Below are positions 1 to 8,321 of a DNA stretch of 17,700 bases, in pieces. The notes beneath the pieces were generated by a model. It was not told where the DNA came from. It saw nothing but the letters and a program-made list of their open reading frames with translations, and did not search any database. The first letter of the stretch is position 1. Each line of letters begins with the position of its first letter. Position numbers and translations under genes: made by a program. Where the stretch lies: NCBI GenBank assembly GCA_037381445.1, contig JARRQT010000193.1, positions 1 to 17,700 of the forward strand. Direction: 5' to 3'. The stretch comes from Calditrichia bacterium (GTDB lineage: Bacteria; Calditrichota; Calditrichia; RBG-13-44-9).

Positions 1-260
1 TCTTTTCCGGCGTTGATCCGAACAATATTCCTGAATTTTTCCTGGACCTGCGGTAGATAGCGCTCCTGCGTCCGGCAGGCACTGCAGGAAGGACTAAAAA
101 AATAGGCAACAACCTTATCGCCGTTTTTGATATACTTACCAAGCTGCCCGTTCACCTTTGGCGCCGGTTTGCCTTTCCGGAATTTTCCGCGCATCCGCAC
201 CGATAATTGCATTAGAATGAAAAGGGCAATCACGCCCAGTATGACATACAAAAAATTCAT
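1..260 (-). CDS. Thioredoxin-family protein with N-terminal membrane anchor (partial, runs off window start)
   Basis: Not in the ORF track. Manual translation from ATG at 260: MNFLYVILGVIALFILMQLSVRMRGKFRKGKPAPKVNGQLGKYIKNGDKVVAYFFSPSCSACRTQERYLPQVQEKFRNIVRINAGK. Hydrophobic N-terminus; YFFSPSCSAC resembles the thioredoxin CxxC context (75-86). The start overlaps the upstream stop (TGATG). Confidence 0.85.
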   Translation of the reverse strand, partial: MNFLYVILGVIALFILMQLSVRMRGKFRKGKPAPKVNGQLGKYIKNGDKVVAYFFSPSCSACRTQERYLPQVQEKFRNIVRINAGK

Positions 261-487
261 CACTTCGCACCTCGTTTCGCCTCTTCATCTTCGACTTTCC
301 GGGTGAATAATCTGGCGTCAAAACCCAAAACCACGCCCATCAACATTCCATAAACGGAAGATATATAGGGATTGCTGGATATGGGGCACGTTCCCGTCCG
401 GCAGCCAATGAAATAATAATAGAGGAATCCCAGCACCGCTCCTCCCAGCGCAAAGAATCCCATTTTTTTCAAAATCTTTCTCTTCAT
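260..487 (-). CDS. Small two-TM membrane protein, DUF6132-like
   Basis: GGAVLGFLYYYFIGCRTGTCPISSNPYISSVYGMLMG matches the GCxxGxCPIxSxP pattern recalled for DUF6132; translationally coupled to the next gene. Confidence 0.8.
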   Translation of the reverse strand: MKRKILKKMGFFALGGAVLGFLYYYFIGCRTGTCPISSNPYISSVYGMLMGVVLGFDARLFTRKVEDEEAKRGAK

Positions 488-516
488 TTTTGAGCCCGTT
501 TCTCAAGATAATTATG

Positions 517-747
517 TTAATTGGCAGCGTTTGCCCGATTTTCCACCACAATCCGGTTCAACTCGCCGATGATCTCATCCAGGTTTTCAATATTTTTCTC
601 CCTGGCATTTTCTTCCAGGGTGCCCCAGATCGGTTCGCCGCACACCACGCATTTAATCCCGTAAATCATGAGCGGCCGGACCAGTTCGGGATAATCCCTT
701 ACGATTTCTTCGATTGTTGTGTCCTTTTTGATAATTGGATCATCCAT
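517..747 (-). CDS. DUF1858-domain protein (small CxxC protein)
   Basis: IKKDTTIEEIVRDYPELVRPLMIYGIKCVVCGEPIWGTLEENAREKNI pattern; SD-like GGAGA just upstream on the minus strand (754-758). Confidence 0.8.
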   Translation of the reverse strand: MDDPIIKKDTTIEEIVRDYPELVRPLMIYGIKCVVCGEPIWGTLEENAREKNIENLDEIIGELNRIVVENRANAAN

Positions 748-1368
748 TTTAATTCTCCATTATTCACATTTTGAAACGACGAAGGCAAACTGCAGCGCTG
801 ATCCGTCGAATCATTTTTAATACGCTGATAAATTTCAATTTCAATCTTTTCAATAACCTCCCCGCCCTCTATTTCATTTTCAGAATCCTTAAACGGCTGA
901 TTTTTTGATGTGCCGGTCCGGACAAGGTTACAGCAAAATATAAATTTCAGGCATTCAGCCGGAATTCATTTTCTATCTGCCTTTAACAGACCCGGAATGT
1001 TTGAATTTAATAATCCTCCATTTTTGGAAACAGGATGGGTTGGTACATTTTATCTCACATAATTAGGAGATGCATCGCAGGCTCCTTCGATAACAATATG
1101 ATTCAGAAAATTTCATGCTTATCTAACTTAATGTAAATTAAACCACTTGCACACCTTGGTTTCTTCATTAACGGGGAAATGAATTTCTTTAAAAACTTCT
1201 TTGCAGAATATTTTTTTATTTTGTAAAATTATTGAACCTGTCACAAAGGAGGAAAGAAAAAAGTTTAAACTATTCTATGTTGCGAGAAAGCACAAAATTC
1301 TCAATGTTGCCATTAAACTCAGATTTACTGAGCATTAACCCAAAAATGCGGATTTTATTCACCAAAAA

Positions 1369-1854
1369 ATGATTGAAGAAAACATCAAATTTGCCAGGGA
1401 AAACGGATTTGATGCAATCATGGAAGAATCAGACAATTCCGAGTGGAAAGAAATCTATCGGCTGTCCATACCCAGCTCCCCCATCTATATCGAAAAAATC
1501 ATCATTTACTTTTTGGGCAAATTATCTGCCGTAAAAAGCACGTCGAAACACCTCTTTGCTATCAGAACCTGTCTATCGGAAATTCTGGCAAACGCTATGG
1601 AGCACGGAAACCATTTTGATTTGCATAAAAAGGTAAAAATAAGCCTTCAGATTGAGAAACATCGTCTGAGAATCACGGTTACGGATGAAGGCGAAGGATT
1701 TGATTTCCGGAACTTTCGCACCAATCTTAAAAAGATAAACCGCGAATTTCAAAAGCGGGGCCGCGGCATTTTTATCGTTAAAAAATATATGGATAGTGTT
1801 AAATACAGCTCACCTGGTAACTCCGTTACCATGATAAAGTATCTTGACCAATAG
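1369..1854 (+). CDS. RsbW/SpoIIAB-like anti-sigma factor Ser/Thr kinase (HATPase_c_2 domain)
   Basis: N box EILANAMEHGN, G1 box VTDEGEGFD, G2 box GRGIFIVKKYMD, C-terminal GNSVTMIK. Confidence 0.88.
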   Translation: MIEENIKFARENGFDAIMEESDNSEWKEIYRLSIPSSPIYIEKIIIYFLGKLSAVKSTSKHLFAIRTCLSEILANAMEHGNHFDLHKKVKISLQIEKHRLRITVTDEGEGFDFRNFRTNLKKINREFQKRGRGIFIVKKYMDSVKYSSPGNSVTMIKYLDQ

Positions 1855-2044
1855 TCCAGTGCGCAACTTTCCTGCACACACTTTCTCCCCCCGAATTTAT
1901 ACCCGATTTTGTTATACGCCTGCGGCTAGCCTCGATTCTTTTGTGCTGCGTATCTGAATTTCAAATTTCGCTTCATAGGGAGGAGGAAGGAAAAACACTT
2001 CGCCCCAGTTTGATTGAATATCCCGCCATTAAAAATAAGGGTCA

Positions 2045-2086
2045 CAGCAACTTTCTTTTAAACTATCGTTAAAAGTCAGATTGCTG
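2045..2086. terminator. Imperfect inverted repeat between convergent genes, possible terminator
   Basis: Arms CAGCAA/TTGCTG (2045-2050, 2081-2086) and CTTTTAA/TTAAAAG (2055-2061, 2069-2075); 33 nt past the stop of the minus-strand gene. No clear U-tract. Confidence 0.35.
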
Positions 2087-2119
2087 CGCCCGTATCTCTT
2101 CGATTCAACTAACAGTCTG

Positions 2120-3154
2120 TTATTTTTTCTTATAAGTTGCGGGAACCGTAAAATCGTTCGGACTCAGATCGGCAGTCTTCAGCTCAAGTAGTTCTGTGGA
2201 ATAAGAAAATGCCGGTTCGGGTCCCTTGGGCTCCTCCGGTTTCTTTTTCAACATCTTTTTCGCAAACCCACCAAACATCTTTCTTGCGCTGCCGGATTCG
2301 GAGCCTTCCTCTTCCTTGTTCTCTCCGGAAGCATTTTGCTGAGGACGTATTGAATAATATTTGCCGTCAATCAGAACCGGGTATCCATTTATTTTACCCA
2401 TTTCCTGGGAGAATTTTGTATCTGAAAACTCAGGATTTTGTTTGCCGGGATTCATTTGATTCAGCAGCGACAACCATTGGGTTCCCAACATTTCCTGCTG
2501 AAGCTGATTGGTCTCAATGCCAAGCTTTTGCATATATTCTGAATTAAATTGTTGCTCTTCTTCCTGAGCTGCCTTCATGGTTTGGGTAAGCGGCGTGGTC
2601 CACACAATAGTTGAAAGACTGTCCGTTCCCCGTTCTTTTGTGTTGACATTTTCCCATTCCGTTACCCACATAATGATGTATTTTTGGCTGGCGAAGTTAT
2701 TTATGGTCTGTTTCTCTCCTGTGTCCGTCACTTTGAAATCGCTCCTGATGATGCGGATATCACTCTTCTCCTCCGGAGTCGATTCCTCCTTGCCGGACGC
2801 CCCTTTTTCCTCTTCCCCAGCGGACATTTTCAATTTTTCAATGGGAACTACTGTATATTCCTTCTTTTGATTGTCAATCTTGTAGATCGACATTGCCGGC
2901 AAATCGATAATCTCACTTGATTCCCCAGATCTTAATACTGTCTTCGCGGCCAGTTTTCCCATGAGTCCCTGACCTTTGAAAGCCGATTGAGAATCGTTCT
3001 TTTTCTTCTGCGCTGTCACTTCAGTCGTCTGGGTCAAAGAATAGGTGCCAAATCCCTTAAAATTCACCTCCGACTTAGTCTTCTTCTGCATGCCCGCAAA
3101 AAGACTATTCAGCATAAAAAGAATAAGGACAGCAATACCAAGCCACCGTTTCAT
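2120..3154 (-). CDS. Secreted hypothetical protein, DUF4412-like
   Basis: Signal peptide MKRWLGIAVLILFMLNSLFA; SD GGAGG upstream (3162-3166); motifs IDNQKKEY, TGEKQTINNF and C-terminal DFTVPATYKK resemble DUF4412-type proteins. The ORF is confident, the family less so. Confidence 0.7.
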   Translation of the reverse strand: MKRWLGIAVLILFMLNSLFAGMQKKTKSEVNFKGFGTYSLTQTTEVTAQKKKNDSQSAFKGQGLMGKLAAKTVLRSGESSEIIDLPAMSIYKIDNQKKEYTVVPIEKLKMSAGEEEKGASGKEESTPEEKSDIRIIRSDFKVTDTGEKQTINNFASQKYIIMWVTEWENVNTKERGTDSLSTIVWTTPLTQTMKAAQEEEQQFNSEYMQKLGIETNQLQQEMLGTQWLSLLNQMNPGKQNPEFSDTKFSQEMGKINGYPVLIDGKYYSIRPQQNASGENKEEEGSESGSARKMFGGFAKKMLKKKPEEPKGPEPAFSYSTELLELKTADLSPNDFTVPATYKKK

Positions 3155-3501
3155 GTAAGGCCCTCCAGTTTAATTGGAAAAAATTTGAAAAAACCGATAC
3201 TTCAAAAAGAATGTGACGTCAGATTGAACAGCATATTCGGTTAAAAGTTTCTCCAAATTTTGTTCAAAATGGATCAAAAATCCAGCAGAATAAATTCACT
3301 TGGAATATTTCTTTTCCGATAGTAGGCCAAGTTTGCATAAATCGAGGGATTATATAATGATTTGGTGATTCTGATTTTGAAGAATGAAATACGAAAAACA
3401 TTACCCGGTCAATTCTGAATTCATGATTTCTTATGTCAAAGCAAATCCATTATGGAAACTAATTTTTTTATTTTAATTCTTTGAATGGACCGCAGCAGTT
3501 G

Positions 3502-4602
3502 TTAAATGACCCGGTTCTCGTTTTCCGCATCAAAGAAATAGAGTCTATTCAGGTCGAGGACTATCTGGATCTGCTCGCCGGCGCGGTGCAGTTTTTCCGG
3601 CGATACCCGCATACAATAGCTGTGGTCACCTTCGCTGAAATAAACGAAAATCTCATTGCCGATGGGCTCAACCACATCCACAAGTACGTTTTGCGGGAGG
3701 CTGACATCTTGATGTCTTGCCTGGGTTGAATCAATAACATGCTCGGGCCTGACTCCCAGCACAATTTTTTGTTCCCTGTAATTTTGGAGTTGTTTTTCCA
3801 TTTTTTCAGGAATGTCAATCTCAAAAAGTCTGGATTTGAATTGAAGCTTGCCGTTGAAAAGCAGCTCGCCGGTAAAAAAATTCATGGAAGGGCTGCCGAT
3901 AAAACCTGCCACGAACTTATTGACCGGATTATTATAAAGATTGAGGGGAGAATCCACCTGCTGGATAATTCCGTCTTTCATCACCACGATTTTGCTGCCC
4001 ATGGTCATGGCTTCTATCTGGTCGTGAGTGACATATACCATGGTGGTCTGCAGGGTATTGTGCAAACGGTTAATCTCGATTCGCATCTGCACCCTCAGCT
4101 TGGCATCCAGGTTGGAGAGCGGCTCGTCGAACAGAAAAACCTTTGGTTTACGGACAATGGCTCGACCCACCGCCACCCGCTGCCGCTGTCCGCCGGAGAG
4201 CGCTTTGGGTTTGCGGCTCAGATAATCACTGATGTCCAGAATTTCAGCCGCTTCATTTACCCGCTGCCGGATTTCCTCTTTCGGGAATTTCCGCAATTTG
4301 AGGCCAAATGCCATGTTATCAAATACGGTCATATGTGGATAGAGGGCGTAGTTCTGGAAAACCATGGCAATATCCCTGTCTTTCGGCGCCACATTGTTCA
4401 CCACTTTTCCGTCAATGTAAATTTCACCGGATGATATCTCCTCCAGTCCGGCAATCATGCGCAGCAAAGTTGATTTCCCGCAGCCGGAAGGTCCAACCAG
4501 CACGACAAATTCCTTGTCTTCAATAAGCAGATCAGCGCTTTGAATTGCAGTAACTTTGTTATCGTAAACCTTGGTGACATTCTTTAGTTCTACCGAAGCC
4601 AA
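3502..4602 (-). CDS. Carbohydrate ABC transporter ATP-binding subunit (MalK/UgpC/MsmX family)
   Basis: Walker A GPSGCGKS, Q-loop VFQNYALYPHM, signature LSGGQRQR, Walker B FLFDEP, H-loop YVTHD, C-terminal TOBE-like region. TTG start with SD AAGGAG (4609-4614). Confidence 0.96.
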   Translation of the reverse strand: MASVELKNVTKVYDNKVTAIQSADLLIEDKEFVVLVGPSGCGKSTLLRMIAGLEEISSGEIYIDGKVVNNVAPKDRDIAMVFQNYALYPHMTVFDNMAFGLKLRKFPKEEIRQRVNEAAEILDISDYLSRKPKALSGGQRQRVAVGRAIVRKPKVFLFDEPLSNLDAKLRVQMRIEINRLHNTLQTTMVYVTHDQIEAMTMGSKIVVMKDGIIQQVDSPLNLYNNPVNKFVAGFIGSPSMNFFTGELLFNGKLQFKSRLFEIDIPEKMEKQLQNYREQKIVLGVRPEHVIDSTQARHQDVSLPQNVLVDVVEPIGNEIFVYFSEGDHSYCMRVSPEKLHRAGEQIQIVLDLNRLYFFDAENENRVI

Positions 4603-4631
4603 AGGTTTCTCCTTCTTATTTTTTTCAAATA

Positions 4632-4660
4632 AATATAAATAGTCATTATTTGCATTTCAA
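4632..4660 (-). promoter_or_regulatory. Putative sigma-70 promoter for the ABC ATPase gene
   Basis: TTGAAA-N17-TATATT on the minus strand; the region is AT-rich, so a chance match is possible. Confidence 0.45.
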
Positions 4661-4671
4661 GAACCATTCAT

Positions 4672-6429
4672 TTATCCCACCATGACATTTTCAGAGGGAT
4701 AGTCATAATGGTATATTTCCTTTGGGGTGGTGATCGCGAGGGAGATGGTCAGGGCCCCCAATCTGCCAAAAAACATGGTCAGAATAATGACCGTTTTGCC
4801 GATCGAACTCAGGAAAGGCGTAATTCCCCTGGACAGGCCGACCGTGCCAAACGCCGAAAACACCTCGAAAACGACATCGAGGAACGGCATGTTCTCCGCA
4901 AAACTCAGTATCATCACTGCTATGAATATGAAAGCAGCGGAAAAGAGGACAATTACCAGCGAGCGATTCAGCACCATGTAAGGTATGTTTTTCCTGAAAA
5001 ATTCAATCCGGTTTCTGCCTCGTATGACGGACCACACACCTGCAAAGAGTATCCCAAATGTTGTTGTCTTGATGCCGCCGCCTGTTGAACCGGGTGAAGC
5101 ACCGATGAACATCAACAGCAGAAAGAAGAGAACAGTTGGGGTGGTAATTAAACCGATATTTGTCGAATTAAATCCGGCGGTACGCGTGGTTACCGACTGA
5201 AAAAATGAATTTAAAATTTTTTGAGGCCAGCTTAGCCCTGCAAGTGTGCTTCCATTTTCAGCGGCGAGATAAAAAAGGGTACCGGCAATTAACAGCACGG
5301 CAGAAATTCCCAGAACCATGCGCGATTGAACGCTCAACCATTTTCCTCTGGTCCCCAGCGAACTCAGGCGCATGCCCAGAAGATTCAATAATACCGGGAA
5401 TCCGAGTCCACCCATGATTATGAGCGTCGCAATGGTCAGCAGCACAATATAGTTCCCCTGAAATTGCACAAAACTGTCACTGTATATCGAGAATCCGGCA
5501 TTGCAGAATGCAGATATGGAATGGAAAATTGCCGAATATATCCGCTCCCCAAAATGAAGTCCCTGGCCGCCCAATCCCCAGTAAAGAAAAACCGCTCCCA
5601 GGGCTTCCATGGTCAAAGTAAATATGACGGTTGAAGCCAGCAGTTGGGAAATGAGTCCCATGTTTTCGTAGTTTAACATTTCACGCATCATCGATTTTTC
5701 GCGCAGACTGATATTTCTGCGCAGGATAAGCGCAAAAAAGGAAGCATAGGTCATAATTCCCAGACCACCCACCTGGATTAAAAACAGGATAATAATCTGT
5801 CCCAAAAGGCTGAACTGTCTTCCGGTATCCACCACAATCAGACCTGTTACGCATGTAGCGCTGGTGGAGGTAAATAAGGCATCGAGAAATGAAAGTGTCT
5901 TGCCAGGCTGTACCGCTTTGGGCAAATAAAGCAAAAAAGCGCCAATAATAATGATAACGAAGAAACTGCCCATCAATATTTGTGCAGGATGAAACCGCAA
6001 AGTAGCGATTTTCTGATTGAATTTAACTGCATGGGACACCAGGGAAAGGATAATGGAGATCTGAAAAGCGACAATATAGATCTTTGTAATCTGTACTACT
6101 TCCACACCGGAAATGAACTTTCCCAGAAGATCCAATCCGGTAAGGCGCACAAAAACCGCCGTTTCGGAAAAAACCACAACTACCAGTACAAAATCAAACC
6201 AATGGCTTTTAAAATATTCCCAGCGGTTCTGAGAGAGAAAAAGTTTAAGAACGCTGTAAAGGATAAAATACCAGATGATAATGATATCTGTGAGATGAAT
6301 ATAGGCCAGCGAGGTCGGGGTCAGATCAAAGCCGTATTCAGTTACCAGGGAGATCACTGCAAGAAGCGAGACAACAACCAGCAGACGGTCCAAAAGCCTG
6401 GCCAGAGGAGATAAAGTATACTTATCCAT
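4672..6429 (-). CDS. TrkH/KtrB-family potassium uptake membrane subunit with extra N-terminal TM domain
   Basis: Four pore-loop motifs SATCVTGL, SAFCNAGFS, VTTRTAGFN, SAFGTVGLS; also MFIGASPGSTGGGIK, MFFGRLG and C-terminal YPSENVMVG. Confidence 0.95.
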   Translation of the reverse strand: MDKYTLSPLARLLDRLLVVVSLLAVISLVTEYGFDLTPTSLAYIHLTDIIIIWYFILYSVLKLFLSQNRWEYFKSHWFDFVLVVVVFSETAVFVRLTGLDLLGKFISGVEVVQITKIYIVAFQISIILSLVSHAVKFNQKIATLRFHPAQILMGSFFVIIIIGAFLLYLPKAVQPGKTLSFLDALFTSTSATCVTGLIVVDTGRQFSLLGQIIILFLIQVGGLGIMTYASFFALILRRNISLREKSMMREMLNYENMGLISQLLASTVIFTLTMEALGAVFLYWGLGGQGLHFGERIYSAIFHSISAFCNAGFSIYSDSFVQFQGNYIVLLTIATLIIMGGLGFPVLLNLLGMRLSSLGTRGKWLSVQSRMVLGISAVLLIAGTLFYLAAENGSTLAGLSWPQKILNSFFQSVTTRTAGFNSTNIGLITTPTVLFFLLLMFIGASPGSTGGGIKTTTFGILFAGVWSVIRGRNRIEFFRKNIPYMVLNRSLVIVLFSAAFIFIAVMILSFAENMPFLDVVFEVFSAFGTVGLSRGITPFLSSIGKTVIILTMFFGRLGALTISLAITTPKEIYHYDYPSENVMVG

Positions 6430-6462
6430 GCAATTTTCCTGTAATCCCTAAAATCCCGTCAA

Positions 6463-6491
6463 ATTTTAAGGGAATGTTTCGAAAAATGCAA
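6463..6491 (-). promoter_or_regulatory. Putative sigma-70 promoter for the TrkH/KtrB gene
   Basis: TTGCAT-N17-TAAAAT on the minus strand, 33 nt upstream of the ATG. Confidence 0.55.
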
Positions 6492-6676
6492 GTTATTGAA
6501 AATTTGCCCAAAAAGGGAAGGTTAAATTAAATTCATTCTTATCCTGATAAAAGAGCTCCATAAAAAATATCTCCTATTTGGTGACCATTGATTTGCAGAG
6601 ATTTAATTTTAAAATTCGAGAAACCAGTTTAAAGCAGGCGAAGTAAAGAAAAGTGATAGTAAACAATAAATGAATG

Positions 6677-6726
6677 TTGATTCTTAAATAGCAAAGGGCT
6701 AATATTATTTAGTTAAGCCCGGAGGT
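6677..6726 (+). promoter_or_regulatory. Putative sigma-70 promoter and ribosome-binding site of the radical SAM gene
   Basis: TTGATT-N17-TAATAT (6677-6705); GGAGGT at 6721-6726, 9 nt before ATG 6736. Confidence 0.55.
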
Positions 6727-6735
6727 CAATATATA

Positions 6736-7687
6736 ATGAAAGAGGCACTTTTTTTGGCCCGGACAACACGGTTTTTGCTTTGTTCGGAAAAATGTGGATG
6801 GAAAGCTGTTTTCGCTGGCTTATGGGAAACCCTATGCCGTCAACGTCGATCCCATCGAAAAGAAACCACTTTTTCATTTCTTGCCGGGTTCCAGAATTCT
6901 GTCTATTGGTACCGCCGGCTGCAATATCGCCTGCAAATTCTGCCAGAACTGGGACATCTCCAAAGCCAGGTTCGACCAGGATCGTTCTATTGATCTGCCG
7001 CCCTCACGCCTCGTGCAGCTGGCCATGCATTATGAAGCTGAGAGTATTGCCTATACCTACAATGAGCCGACGATTTTTGCTGAATACGCTATGGATACTG
7101 CATCTCTTGGAAAAGAAAACCGCCTGAGGAACGTTATGGTAACCAACGGATACATTACGCCCAAAGCGCTGGAAACGGTATATGAAAACATTGATGCGGC
7201 GAATGTGGACCTGAAATCTTTCGATGAAAATTTTTATCAGAAGCTTACCCTTTCCCATCTGGAGCCGGTTTTAAACACCCTGCGGCTACTAAAGCAACGG
7301 GGCGTCTGGATTGAAATTACAAACCTGGTCATTCCCGGTCACAATGACGATATGAAAGAAATTTCCCGGATGTGCGAATGGATTCTGGCGGAACTGGGAC
7401 CGTATGTTCCACTGCACTTTACCGCTTTTCATCCGGACCATAAATTAATGGATACACCGCCCACCACACCCACTGCCCTGCTCCAGGCACGAAAAAAGGC
7501 CATGCAGATCGGTTTGAAGTATGTTTATGTGGGTAATGTCGTGAATGAAGAGGCTTCCAGCACCTACTGCCATCAGTGTGGATCGGTACTCATCCGGCGG
7601 AATTGGCATACGATTTCGGTTGTAAACCTGCAGGAAGGTAAATGTAAAAGGTGCGGTCAAACCATCCCGGGTGTGTTTTCCAGCTAA
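6736..7687 (+). pseudogene. amrS: AmmeMemoRadiSam-system radical SAM enzyme, frameshifted near the 5' end in this sequence
   Basis: Motifs DPIEKKPLFHF, CNIACKFCQNWDIS (CxxxCxxC), YTYNEP, VTNGY, NVDLK, C-terminal CHQC and CKRC. The SD-supported start MKEALF (6736) is out of frame with PGQHGFCFVRKNVDGKLF (from 6758). Family call is strong; true pseudogene versus sequence error is unresolved. Confidence 0.85.
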
Positions 7688-7789
7688 CCTCCTTTTAGAA
7701 AGCCCCAAGTTAATATCGAGGCCTATTTCCGAATTCCCGTCTGCTTCCGCAGTTTGTTGAGGAATCTGAAATCTCAGGTCTTTTATGGC

Positions 7790-7940
7790 TGACATCTGTC
7801 ACATTGCCGTTGCTCGGATAAATCGCCCGTTCTATCATCGAATATAAATTGTGTATAGCATGCGGGATTTTCCTGTTCTGTCAATTTAGCCCAATTGCGG
7901 CCCAAATTGACACAAAACAAAAATATGGGACATTATGTCA
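7790..7940. promoter_or_regulatory. Cluster of TGACA/TGTCA palindromic sites, candidate activator or repressor boxes
   Basis: TGACAtcTGTCA 7790-7801; TGTCAATTT(7879-7887)-N16-AAATTGACA(7904-7912); gGACAttaTGTCA 7928-7940. Confidence 0.55.
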
Positions 7941-8018
7941 AAATGAATCCGCTTCTCCGTCAGATGCAATTATTTATCTATCCTATTAACTTTATTTATG
8001 TTATGCATACGAAATCTC

Positions 8019-8035
8019 TTGGCACATCATTTGTA
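8019..8035 (+). promoter_or_regulatory. Candidate sigma-54 (-24/-12) promoter
   Basis: TTGGCAC-ATCAT-TTGTA versus consensus TGGCAC-N5-TTGCW: correct spacing, with GT instead of GC at -12. SD GAAGGAG at 8052-8058 follows. Confidence 0.55.
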
Positions 8036-8068
8036 TGTTATAGTTGAAAATAGAAGGAGTGCTGGTTG

Positions 8069-8302
8069 ATGTATCGATTTTTTGGAGACACAGATAAATC
8101 CCTTGAAAGAAACAAAATGAGTATGATTTTTCTGGGAGTTTTGTTTTTGCTCATTGGATTTCTGATTATGTTTCTTCCTGAGATTCTGGTTGCATTTGTT
8201 GCTTCAGTATTTCTGGTTGGTGGTTCTGGCTTTATTTATCTGGCATGGAAAATAAACAGGATTCAGAAAAACGCACAGCGAATAAAGGTAGATATATTTT
8301 AA
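8069..8302 (+). CDS. Small two-TM membrane protein of unknown function, first gene of the lon operon
   Basis: SD GAAGGAG upstream; two hydrophobic segments separated by LPE; basic C-terminal tail. Start could be TTG 8066 or ATG 8069. Confidence 0.75.
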   Translation: MYRFFGDTDKSLERNKMSMIFLGVLFLLIGFLIMFLPEILVAFVASVFLVGGSGFIYLAWKINRIQKNAQRIKVDIF

Positions 8303-8321
8303 TAAAATGAAAGGTATAAAA

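Noticed and set aside
777..812. GGCAAAC-containing hairpin as a c-di-GMP-I riboswitch
   Set aside because: It lacks the GAAA tetraloop stem and the downstream GCAAAGC-type element, and it is on the wrong strand for the adjacent operon.
3739..4434. 231-aa plus-strand ORF, and other antisense ORFs over trkH, lon, M20 and M14 (e.g. 13170-13742, 16843-17490)
   Set aside because: They are shadow frames opposite well-supported genes, with no recognisable motifs or SD.
6736..6993. 85-aa ORF MKEALFLARTT... as an independent gene
   Set aside because: Only the first six codons are meaningful; the rest is out-of-frame read-through of the radical SAM gene.
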